Below are positions 54,526 through 61,836 of a stretch of 61,836 nucleotides of DNA, piece by piece. How positions within the stretch are numbered: the first letter of the stretch is position 1; every line of letters begins with the position of its first letter. The stretch comes from an uncultured Bacilli bacterium (GTDB lineage: Bacteria > Bacillota_I > Bacilli_A > RF39 > UBA660), in assembly GCA_947629325.1 (NCBI GenBank), contig CANRDE010000003.1:1-61836 (forward strand). The letters are read 5' to 3'. The position numbers and the translations under genes are program-made. The notes under the pieces are model-generated. The model had not been told where the DNA came from and ran no database searches. It worked only from the letters and a program-made list of their open reading frames with translations.

Positions 54526-56319
54526 ATGTTAAAGGATAAGTTAAATTTAGTGCCTCACCTTCCCGGTAGTTATCAAATGCGTGATAAAGAAGGGAAAGTT
54601 ATTTATGTAGGGAAAGCTAAAGATTTATATAAACGAGTTAATAGTTATTTTAAAGGGACAGTAACTGGTAAGACCAGAAAAATGGTTAGTGAAGTTGCCG
54701 ATTTTACTTATATTGTTACTAATAGTGAAACTGAAGCTTTTATAACGGAAATTAATCTTATAAAAGAATATACTCCTAAATATAATATTTTATTGAAAGA
54801 TGATAAAAGTTATCCTTATATAGAGTATATTAGTAAACCTTATCCCAAATTAAAGGTTTCCCGATATTTAAATATTAAAAGAAAAGATAATAAGACTATT
54901 TTTGGCCCTTTTCCTAACGCATATGCAGCGAGGAGAATAGTAAAATTAATAAATAGAATATATCCCTTAAAAAAATGTGAGGGAATGCCTAAAAATGTTT
55001 GTTTATACTATCATATTGGCGAATGTTTAGGATATTGTAATAAAAAAGTAGACCAAGAAAAATTACAACAAATGGAAGAAGAAATTTTATCTTTTTTAAG
55101 AGGAAATGACAAGATTTTAAAAGATAAATTATTAGAGAAAATTAATAATTATTCTGCAGCCTTAAATTATGAAATGGCTAAAGAATTGACGGAAGAATTA
55201 AATTACATTAATATTATATTAGATAAGCAAAAAGTGGAATTACACGATTTTGTTAATCGAGATATAATAGGGTATTATATTGATAACGGGCACATTGGTA
55301 TTAATATTTTATTTATTAGAAATAATAAGCTAATTGGCAGTCATAATGAATTATTGACTATTAAAATTGATCCTGACGAGGAAATTAATTATTATATAAT
55401 GAATTTCTATACTCGCCATGAAATACCCAAGGAAATAATAGTAGCCAATAGTATTAATACCAATTTATTAGCCGATTTAATTAGTAGTAATTGGTTAATT
55501 CCGGAAAAAGGAGTTAAAAGAAAACTTTTAGATATGGCTAATATGAATGCTAAAATCTATTTGCAAAATGAAATAACTAGGGTTATTAAAGAAGAATCCC
55601 GGACCATAGAAGCCAATGAAGAATTACGAAAAATTTTAAATATGCCTACTTTAAAAAGGATAGATGCTTTTGATAATTCAAATTTATTTGGAACTTTTTC
55701 TGTAAGTGGAATGGTTGTTTTTATCGAAGGTAAGCCTTATAAAAAAGAATATCGAAAGTATAAAATAAGCTTAGAAAAAAATGATGATTATAATACGATG
55801 AAGGAAGTTATTTATCGTCGTTATTTTAGGGCTTTATTAGATAAAACTGAAATGCCTGATTTAATTATTGTAGATGGTGGAATTAATCAAATAAATGCTT
55901 GTTTAGATACCCTAAATAGTTTAAATATTAAAATTAAAGTGGTAGGACTTAAAAAAAATGATAAACATCGTACGAATGAATTAATTGACGGTGATACTTT
56001 TAGCATTATTCCGTTAGATAAAGATAGTAAAGTGTTTCATTATTTAACAAGAATCCAAGATGAAGTTCATAGATTTACTATTAATTATCATAAAACTTTA
56101 AGAAGCAAGGGTAGTATAAGTAGTATATTAGATAACATTGATGGTATAGGTAATACTCGTAAAAAAGAATTAATAAAAAAATATGGCAATATTAATAATA
56201 TAAAAAATGCTCCTTTTGAAGAGTTAACTAAGATAATTCCAGAAAAAGTAGCCAAAGAATTAAAGGATTTTTTAATTAGTAGAGATACGGCAAATAATAA
56301 GGCAGGTGAAGTTAAATGA
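54526..56319 (+). CDS. uvrC: excinuclease ABC subunit C
   Basis: GIY-YIG (GSYQMRDKEGKVIYVGKAKDLYKRVNSY), UVR domain, endonuclease domain and C-terminal (HhH)2. The ORF opens at GTG 54517. Confidence 0.95.
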   Translation: MLKDKLNLVPHLPGSYQMRDKEGKVIYVGKAKDLYKRVNSYFKGTVTGKTRKMVSEVADFTYIVTNSETEAFITEINLIKEYTPKYNILLKDDKSYPYIEYISKPYPKLKVSRYLNIKRKDNKTIFGPFPNAYAARRIVKLINRIYPLKKCEGMPKNVCLYYHIGECLGYCNKKVDQEKLQQMEEEILSFLRGNDKILKDKLLEKINNYSAALNYEMAKELTEELNYINIILDKQKVELHDFVNRDIIGYYIDNGHIGINILFIRNNKLIGSHNELLTIKIDPDEEINYYIMNFYTRHEIPKEIIVANSINTNLLADLISSNWLIPEKGVKRKLLDMANMNAKIYLQNEITRVIKEESRTIEANEELRKILNMPTLKRIDAFDNSNLFGTFSVSGMVVFIEGKPYKKEYRKYKISLEKNDDYNTMKEVIYRRYFRALLDKTEMPDLIIVDGGINQINACLDTLNSLNIKIKVVGLKKNDKHRTNELIDGDTFSIIPLDKDSKVFHYLTRIQDEVHRFTINYHKTLRSKGSISSILDNIDGIGNTRKKELIKKYGNINNIKNAPFEELTKIIPEKVAKELKDFLISRDTANNKAGEVK

Positions 56320-57449
56320 TCGAAGAAATATTAGCATTTTTTAATATAGAAGGTCAGTTATGTAATTATGAGGTTGTCAATAGTGGCAATATTAATAGAA
56401 CTTTTATTATTACCATGAAAACTAAATCTCAAGAAGAAAAAAAATATTTTATTCAAAAAGTTAATACTAATGTTTTTCCTGAACCATATAAATTAATGAA
56501 AAACATTGAAAATGTAACAGCATTTTTAGAAAAGCAAAGACAAAGAGAGGGCGATAATAAACATCGAGTTTTAACTGTTATTAAAAATCCCGCTGGTCAA
56601 TCTTTGTGTTTTTTAGAAAATAATGGTGAGAGGGATTATTATCGGGTTTATGAATACATTGAAAATTCTGTTTCATATGATTGTTCAACCGATAGTCAAA
56701 TTGTGTTTAATACGGGAAGAGCCTTTGGAAATTTTCAAAAATTATTAAGAAATTATCCGATGGGAAATTTGAGTGAAACTATTGAAAATTTTCACGCTAC
56801 CGATAAAAGATTTAGACAATTATTAGATGATATTAAATTAGATTTAGTTGGCAGAGTAATGACAGCCGCTCCAGAAATAGTATTTTTATTAAAAAGAGAG
56901 AATTTATATTCTCAAATTACTAGTGAATTAGGAACTGAAGGAATACCATTGAGGGTTACTCATAATGACACAAAAGTTAATAATGTTTTAATGAATAAAG
57001 ATGATGGTGATTTTTTGGCGGTTATTGATTTAGATACCGTAATGCCAGGAAGTATGTTGTTTGACTATGGGGATGGCGTAAGATCTACTTCTGCTAATTC
57101 TAAAGAAGATGAAGTTGATTTAAGTAAAGTTTCAATTAATATAGATTTGTTTAAATCTTATACTGATGGCTATTTAAGCGAAATGGCCCCTTATTTAACT
57201 AAAACAGAGTTATCTTTAATGGGAGAATCTATAAGAATTATTACTTTAGAGCTTGCAATTCGCTTCTTAAACGATTATATTAATGGTGATACCTATTTTA
57301 AAGTTAATTATGCTAATCATAATTTAGATCGAGCAAGAAATCAAATAGCTTTAGTTATAGATATTGAACATAAATTAGAATATATGAATAGTTATATTCA
57401 AGAAAGTTATCAAAAATACATGGGACACCCAAGGAAGTTAGAACAATAA
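56316..57449 (+). CDS. APH-fold sugar/small-molecule kinase (N-acetylhexosamine-1-kinase-like)
   Basis: Catalytic loop VTHNDTKVNNVLM and metal-binding VIDLDTVMPG...FDYGD. ATGA overlap with the uvrC stop. Confidence 0.72.
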   Translation: MIEEILAFFNIEGQLCNYEVVNSGNINRTFIITMKTKSQEEKKYFIQKVNTNVFPEPYKLMKNIENVTAFLEKQRQREGDNKHRVLTVIKNPAGQSLCFLENNGERDYYRVYEYIENSVSYDCSTDSQIVFNTGRAFGNFQKLLRNYPMGNLSETIENFHATDKRFRQLLDDIKLDLVGRVMTAAPEIVFLLKRENLYSQITSELGTEGIPLRVTHNDTKVNNVLMNKDDGDFLAVIDLDTVMPGSMLFDYGDGVRSTSANSKEDEVDLSKVSINIDLFKSYTDGYLSEMAPYLTKTELSLMGESIRIITLELAIRFLNDYINGDTYFKVNYANHNLDRARNQIALVIDIEHKLEYMNSYIQESYQKYMGHPRKLEQ

Positions 57450-57481
57450 ATTATTTAATACTCTTTTTAGAGTATTTAAAT

Positions 57482-57555
57482 GCCAAATTAGTTTAGTGGT
57501 AAAACAAGGTACTCGTAATACTTAGCCGTAAGTTCGATTCTTACATTTGGCACCA
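57482..57555 (+). tRNA. tRNA-Thr (anticodon CGT), CCA encoded
   Basis: Hand-folded cloverleaf. 7-bp acceptor stem GCCAAAT/ATTTGGC. D arm GTTT/AAAC with a GG loop. Anticodon stem AGGTA/TACTT with loop CTCGTAA. T arm GTAAG/CTTAC with loop TTCGATT. Discriminator A plus CCA. Confidence 0.93.
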
Positions 57556-57566
57556 GATAGATAGTA

Positions 57567-57593
57567 AACTCGGACTATAAAAGTTCGAGTTTT
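57567..57593 (+). terminator. terminator after tRNA-Thr
   Basis: 9-bp stem AACTCGGAC / GTTCGAGTT (one G-U pair) followed by a short T-run. Confidence 0.5.
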
Positions 57594-57672
57594 AAAATAC
57601 TTTGATTTATGCTATAATCTTTCTAGATTTAATTGATTGACAAAGTTACTTATTTGAAAGGGAAAATTTATT

Positions 57673-59430
57673 ATGAAAAAACAAAATTTGATAAAAAGAA
57701 TCTATCTTATGCTAAATAAACGTCAAAAAATTAATTTTATTATAATTATATTTATAATGATTCTTTCGGCACTTCTAAGTCAGTTATTACCATTATCAAT
57801 TGGTAAATTGACAGATGATATATTAAATCAAGAAAACTTATCTTTTTCTGCGATTATTCCCTTTTTATTATTTATTTTAATTGTTACAGTTTCTAACGAA
57901 ATAATAAAGGTAATACGTCGTGTAATTGTAGAGGATACTTGTACTAGATGCGAAAAAAATGCTCGTTCTCAAGCAGTTAGTTCTCTTTTACATGCACCCC
58001 TTTCGTATTTTAAAGAAAATATGACAGGTAATATTCATGGTAAATTAAATAGAAGCTTAGAAGGAACCATAAGATTATTAAAATTATTATTTATGGATTT
58101 TGCGCCCGCTATTTTCAGTGGAATTGCTGCTATAGTAGTAATTTTTTCAAAACTACCTTTGTTTTTATCAATTTTAATGTTATTTGTTATACCTATAGGA
58201 ATTATAATTATTTTTAGACAAATATCGACTCAAAAGGGGATTAGAGTAGAGTTAATGGAAGAAAAATCATCTATGGATGGAACAATGGTAGAGCTAATAA
58301 ATGGAATTGAAGTAATAAGAGTTACTGATAATGCTGAAACTGAAGTTGATAGATTTAAAAATAAGTCAGAGTTTTTACGTCAAAAGGAAATGAAGCATCA
58401 TAAAGCAATGGCATTTTATGATTGCTTAAAATTTGTTAATGAAGCATTATTTACTGTATTAGTAATTGGTACTTCGGCGTATTTAGCTGGTGAAAACATT
58501 ATTAGTGTAGGTACAGTATTAACTGCATATTTATGTTTTACACAATTAACTACACCTTTGCGGGAATTACATCGTATATTTGATGAATTATCAGAATCAA
58601 CTATATTGGCGAAAGAATATTTTAATATCATTGATTTGGAACAAGATTTTTCTTATAAAAGAAATAAGAGTAAAAATATCAAAAATGATTCGAATTATTT
58701 TATACAATTTAAGGATGTAGGCTTTTCCTATAAAAATAGTAATAAAAAAATTATTTCAAATTTAAACTTAAATATTAGTGAAGGAAAGTTTATTGGAATA
58801 GCTGGCCCTAGTGGATGTGGAAAATCTTCTCTTATAAAAATTCTAACTAAATTAGAAAAAAATACCTCTGGTATTATTACAATTGACAATAGAAATTTAG
58901 ATAATCTATCTCGTAGAGATATATCAGAGATTATAGCATTGGTGCCTCAAAATCCATTTTTAGTAGCAGGCACTATTAGAGAGAATATTTGTTATGGAAA
59001 TCATAAAAAAGTAACTAATGAAGAAGTTAAAGAAGCCGCCAAAAGAGCATATATAGACGATTTTATTGAATCACTTCCGAATGGATATGATACTATCTTA
59101 GCAGAAGGAGGAAATAATTTATCCGGGGGACAAAGGCAACGGATTGCAATTGCTAGAGTGTTTTTAAGAAAACCTAAAATTTTAATTTTAGATGAAGCGA
59201 CAAGTGCCTTAGATAATACTTCAGAAAAATATATTCAAAAGCAAATAGAGCAATTACAAATTGAAAATAATACGTTAATAATATCAATTGCTCATAGACT
59301 AACAACGTTAGAGAATTGTGATTCTATATTAGTTTTTGATAATGGGCAAATTGTTCAAAAAGGTAAATACCATGAGTTAATTACCACGGCCGGAATATTT
59401 CAAGATATGTATAATGGCAAATTAAAATAA
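57673..59430 (+). CDS. ABC exporter, fused permease and ATPase (MsbA/MDR-like half transporter)
   Basis: Six-TM N-terminal domain, Walker A GPSGCGKSS, signature LSGGQRQR, Walker B ILILDEATSALD. No C39 peptidase domain. Confidence 0.92.
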   Translation: MKKQNLIKRIYLMLNKRQKINFIIIIFIMILSALLSQLLPLSIGKLTDDILNQENLSFSAIIPFLLFILIVTVSNEIIKVIRRVIVEDTCTRCEKNARSQAVSSLLHAPLSYFKENMTGNIHGKLNRSLEGTIRLLKLLFMDFAPAIFSGIAAIVVIFSKLPLFLSILMLFVIPIGIIIIFRQISTQKGIRVELMEEKSSMDGTMVELINGIEVIRVTDNAETEVDRFKNKSEFLRQKEMKHHKAMAFYDCLKFVNEALFTVLVIGTSAYLAGENIISVGTVLTAYLCFTQLTTPLRELHRIFDELSESTILAKEYFNIIDLEQDFSYKRNKSKNIKNDSNYFIQFKDVGFSYKNSNKKIISNLNLNISEGKFIGIAGPSGCGKSSLIKILTKLEKNTSGIITIDNRNLDNLSRRDISEIIALVPQNPFLVAGTIRENICYGNHKKVTNEEVKEAAKRAYIDDFIESLPNGYDTILAEGGNNLSGGQRQRIAIARVFLRKPKILILDEATSALDNTSEKYIQKQIEQLQIENNTLIISIAHRLTTLENCDSILVFDNGQIVQKGKYHELITTAGIFQDMYNGKLK

Positions 59431-59539
59431 GTTGTCGTACTCCTTCTTTTAGGGTACCCTTATGATAGAATTTTTTATTATCATATTTTGATAAACTAAA
59501 AACTATGTGTTAGAATAAGCTCTACTAAGGGGGAAAATT

Positions 59540-59860
59540 ATGACAACACCGTTACCACGACGTTTGCCTAGAATAGTAAATAGTTATTATACAAAAATTT
59601 GTTTATTTAGTGAATTATTAAAATTATCCGTTCAAGAACTAAATAATAATATTTTAAGACATATTTATATTGATAATTTGGAATTTTTAAAAGCAAACTT
59701 TGATCATTTACAAAGACTAATAAAGACTGGCTTATTTTATCAAATTGTATCAGACGATATTGATTGTTTAAAGTATATTGAAGAAAATTTAAATTTCCCA
59801 TCTCTTGTAAAAATATCTAAAATTTCTTCCATTATATATCCTCCATTTCAAGTTGAATAA
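59540..59860 (+). CDS. hypothetical protein
   Basis: 106-aa ORF with SD AGGGGGA 6 nt upstream. No recognisable motif. Confidence 0.5.
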   Translation: MTTPLPRRLPRIVNSYYTKICLFSELLKLSVQELNNNILRHIYIDNLEFLKANFDHLQRLIKTGLFYQIVSDDIDCLKYIEENLNFPSLVKISKISSIIYPPFQVE

Positions 59861-60113
59861 TAACTACTTAAATTATATCAAAAAAATATATAAAGTTATA
59901 GCTTATATCTCAACCAATATACATTGAAGTATACTGAAAATATTTAAATTTGATATAATAAAAGAAATTAATATTCTTATTTGGTTTATCATATATTTTT
60001 GAATACGGAAGATTGTTGGGACTTGAAACTAAAGGTCAAATGTATTGTGATAATAATGAATAATTATAGAAAAATTTTTTAATAAGTAAATATAATAAAA
60101 ATAAAACAATAAG

Positions 60114-60140
60114 AAAACGCACTTGATAAGAGTGCGTTTT
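60114..60140. terminator. bidirectional intrinsic terminator
   Basis: 10-bp perfect stem AAAACGCACT (60114-60123) / AGTGCGTTTT (60131-60140). U-rich tracts follow on both strands. Confidence 0.65.
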
Positions 60141-60190
60141 TGTGTTATCATGTATTTGTCAAGGAAACTTGCATAAAATAAAAAAGGAAC

Positions 60191-60269
60191 ATTCAATATC
60201 GCATGTTGAGTGTTGCCAAATAATGTGCATCACCTAAATCATTGCTGAGTTAGGTGATTCTTTTATTTT
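60191..60269 (+). ncRNA. candidate small antisense RNA (putative type I antitoxin)
   Basis: Candidate promoters TTGTCA(60156)-17-TAAAAA(60179) or TTGCAT(60169)-17-TTCAAT(60192). Terminator hairpin ATCACCTAA (60229-60237) / TTAGGTGAT (60250-60258) plus a T-tract to 60269. Only tiny ORFs lie inside. Confidence 0.3.
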
Positions 60270-60346
60270 AGGATTACAAATAGTAATACTATAAGTAAAA
60301 GGATAATGATAATCAAAAAGAAAATTAGAAAATCTTTTTTTGACAT
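60263..60346 (-). CDS. unannotated 27-aa hydrophobic peptide MSKKDFLIFFLIIIILLLIVLLFVILK (type I toxin-like)
   Basis: Hand translation verified codon by codon. SD GGGAGGTGA lies 5 nt before the ATG. Single TM helix with Lys at both ends. Below the ORF-track cutoff. Confidence 0.5.
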   Translation of the reverse strand: MSKKDFLIFFLIIIILLLIVLLFVILK

Positions 60347-60408
60347 CTTATCACCTCCCTTCAATTAAGAAGCTCGGCAATCACCCAACTATTAAATGTT
60401 CCAAATTA

Positions 60409-60437
60409 ATTATATCAAACGTTTGTTCTTGCTACAA
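60409..60437 (-). promoter_or_regulatory. extended -10 sigmaA promoter of the 27-aa ORF (minus strand)
   Basis: Minus strand reads TTGTAG (60437-60432), 17-nt spacer ending in TGa, TATAAT (60414-60409). Confidence 0.55.
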
Positions 60438-60537
60438 TATATATTTTATAAAAAATTTATGACAATTTAGAAAACACTCTTAAATATTGTCAAAAACAGA
60501 ATCTTCTAAAAAATTTTATTTAAAAGAATTTAGAAAA

Positions 60538-60546
60538 TGGTATAAT
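60538..60546 (+). promoter_or_regulatory. extended -10 element upstream of the NUDIX gene
   Basis: TGgTATAAT. The -35 hexamer is weak. Confidence 0.4.
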
Positions 60547-60561
60547 AAGAAAGAGGTGATT

Positions 60562-61083
60562 ATGTTGAAAGAAGTTATATATAATTATGATTATTTAACA
60601 GAGGAAGATATTACCGAAACAGTTATTAGAACGAAAGCTTTAATCTTAAATTCTGATAATATTTATATTGGAAACGAAAATGGAATCTTCCAGTTTCCAG
60701 GAGGACACATGGAAGAGGGAGAAACCTTTAATGATTGTTTAAAAAGAGAAGTTTTAGAAGAAACAGGAATCATTTTAGATGATAAGGAAATTGAACGCCC
60801 TTTTATGAAGGTAACATTCCTTAATAAAGATTGGCCGGAAATAGGTAAAAATAGAAAAGCTGAAATATATTATTATGTTATAAAAACGGATAAAAAACCA
60901 GATTTATCAAGAGTAAAATATACGGAACATGAAAAAGCCGGTAATTTTAAAATTGAAGAAATTCCCCTAAAATTTGCAATTGAAAAGATAAAAGAAAATA
61001 TTCCCAATAATGAAAAAAATAAAGTTATTTCTCCCGATATGATTTCGGCAATAGAAGAATATTTAAAACAATGTGAAGATTAA
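60562..61083 (+). CDS. NUDIX hydrolase
   Basis: Nudix box GGHMEEGETFNDCLKREVLEETGI. SD AGAGGTGA lies before ATG 60562 (the ORF opens at 60487). Confidence 0.88.
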   Translation: MLKEVIYNYDYLTEEDITETVIRTKALILNSDNIYIGNENGIFQFPGGHMEEGETFNDCLKREVLEETGIILDDKEIERPFMKVTFLNKDWPEIGKNRKAEIYYYVIKTDKKPDLSRVKYTEHEKAGNFKIEEIPLKFAIEKIKENIPNNEKNKVISPDMISAIEEYLKQCED

Positions 61084-61139
61084 AACATATTGGTTGATGG
61101 AATTTATTACCCGCACTTCCATACAGGAGAACAATTTAC

Positions 61140-61697
61140 ATGAAAATTGAAAATAAATTGCAAAGCATTAAAGTAATTAATAATTTGGGATTGAACAAAT
61201 TTCCGGAACAATTATTTAGAAGAGGGGAAGAGACTAAAGTTAAAAAATTTTTAAAACAATATCCTGCTCAATATTATGCAATTAGAGATAAATCTAAAGC
61301 TAGTGGAATATTTAAATTAAAAGTTGATTCTAACAAAGTTCTAGAAGAAATAAAAGATTATGATTTGTTTACTATAAATGTGAGTTCTATAAATTATATG
61401 GAAAATCAATTATTGGTTGGAGAAATAGAATTTTTAAGTAACAATGAGATTTATGCAACCTTAACTACAGATCCTCAAGCATCAGTTAGAGACGCTTTAA
61501 AATGCCCAGAATTTAATATTAAAACAGATATTTTTGATAATGATGTTTTAAATCAAATCCCTCATTTTAATTTTATTTATAGTTACGTTGTATCTCATAA
61601 TTTAATAGATGTAATCGTTGAATTTGCTCTTTTTAATAAAGAAGTCGGTATTAAAAGCGAAAAAATTATTATTTATGAATTAAGAACTCATTATTAA
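61140..61697 (+). CDS. hypothetical protein
   Basis: 185-aa ORF with SD ACAGGAGAA upstream. No family recognised. Confidence 0.6.
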   Translation: MKIENKLQSIKVINNLGLNKFPEQLFRRGEETKVKKFLKQYPAQYYAIRDKSKASGIFKLKVDSNKVLEEIKDYDLFTINVSSINYMENQLLVGEIEFLSNNEIYATLTTDPQASVRDALKCPEFNIKTDIFDNDVLNQIPHFNFIYSYVVSHNLIDVIVEFALFNKEVGIKSEKIIIYELRTHY

Positions 61698-61729
61698 AAA
61701 AATATTTTCTTTACTTTTTTTAATACTTA

Positions 61730-61758
61730 GGAATGAACTTTACTATTCATTCTTTTTT
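61730..61758 (+). terminator. intrinsic terminator
   Basis: Stem GAATGAA (61730-61736) / TTCATTC (61746-61752) followed by 6 T. Confidence 0.65.
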
Positions 61759-61767
61759 ATGTCAAAT

Positions 61768-61809
61768 TTTTTTGAAAATGTCAGTAGATAATTTTTTGAA
61801 AATGTCAGT
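61768..61809 (+). repeat. tandem 18-bp direct repeat TTTTTTGAAAATGTCAGT x2 (24-bp period)
   Basis: Copies at 61768-61785 and 61792-61809. A third ATGTCA lies at 61759-61764. The second copy supplies TTGAAA 17-18 nt before TATAAA. Confidence 0.7.
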
Positions 61810-61836
61810 GAAAGTGTAATATAAATAGCAAACAAT

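Noticed and set aside
60031-60064. Tiny plus-strand ORFs (MYCDNNE, or a TTG-initiated 15-16-aa version ...GLETKGQMYCDNNE) upstream of the bidirectional terminator, considered as a signalling or RiPP-like peptide next to the ABC exporter.
   Set aside because: The SD is weak or mis-spaced. There is no modifying enzyme, and the exporter has no peptidase (C39) domain. This is indistinguishable from chance in AT-rich DNA.
57556-61836. An integrated mobile element at tRNA-Thr.
   Set aside because: There is no integrase, recombinase, transposase or phage genes, and no visible direct repeat of the tRNA 3' end. I report it only as a low-confidence accessory islet.
1-61836. Alternative genetic code (UGA=Trp, Mollicutes-like), considered because of the extreme AT richness and the Erysipelotrichia-like gene content.
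   Set aside because: All conserved genes are intact under code 11 with TGG for Trp (for example WCGPC in thioredoxin and ATWWIRQ in SigA). TGA is also used as a genuine stop, for example at lspA, paralog A and the rnfD-like gene.
1-61836. CRISPR arrays, rRNA genes, riboswitches or T-boxes.
   Set aside because: No regularly spaced short repeats, no rRNA-like stretches and no long structured leaders were seen apart from the infC leader. Intergenic regions are mostly under 120 bp.

Overview
This is a very AT-rich (about 70% A+T by eye) chromosomal core segment of a low-GC, endospore-forming Firmicute, using standard code 11. RNase HIII and the B. subtilis-like synteny blocks suggest a Bacilli/Erysipelotrichia-like lineage. 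About 65 tightly packed genes lie mostly on the + strand. In order they are: infC-rpmI-rplT; ftsA-ftsZ; spoIIGA-sigE-(inserted gene)-sigG; ylmC, lspA, rluD; a rhomboid protease; DUF368 and SanA; spoIVB; a PilB/GspE-type ATPase; a degenerate RnfC/RnfD-like pair; a wall-anchored adhesin-like protein; two paralogous membrane proteins followed by dnaG-sigA-trmK; pilC-pilD; a spoIIM-like gene; the ireB-ruvX-DUF1292-mltG-trmR-trhP1-trhP2-greA block; tig; lon; spoVID-ysxE; hrcA-grpE-dnaK-(pepF)-dnaJ behind tandem CIRCE operators; an SleB-like hydrolase; rnhC, cvpA, trxA; lepB; a 1266-aa surface protein; uvrC; tRNA-Thr(CGU); an ABC exporter; and a small accessory tail. I saw no CRISPR array, transposase, integrase or rRNA. 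No defence island is evident. The best candidates for something undescribed are: (1) a candidate type I toxin-antitoxin-like module at 60.1-60.4 kb, built around a 27-aa hydrophobic ORF below the ORF-track cutoff, with a convergent small transcript and anti-SD hairpin; (2) two tandem, translationally coupled paralogous 2-TM proteins that head the dnaG-sigA operon; (3) an orphan, motif-degenerate RnfC/RnfD-like pair without RnfG/E/A/B; (4) a 560-bp perfect in-frame direct repeat inside the giant surface protein; (5) ribosomal protein L20 carrying a Rho_N/SAP-like C-terminal domain. All family calls rest on motif recognition by eye. No searches were run.
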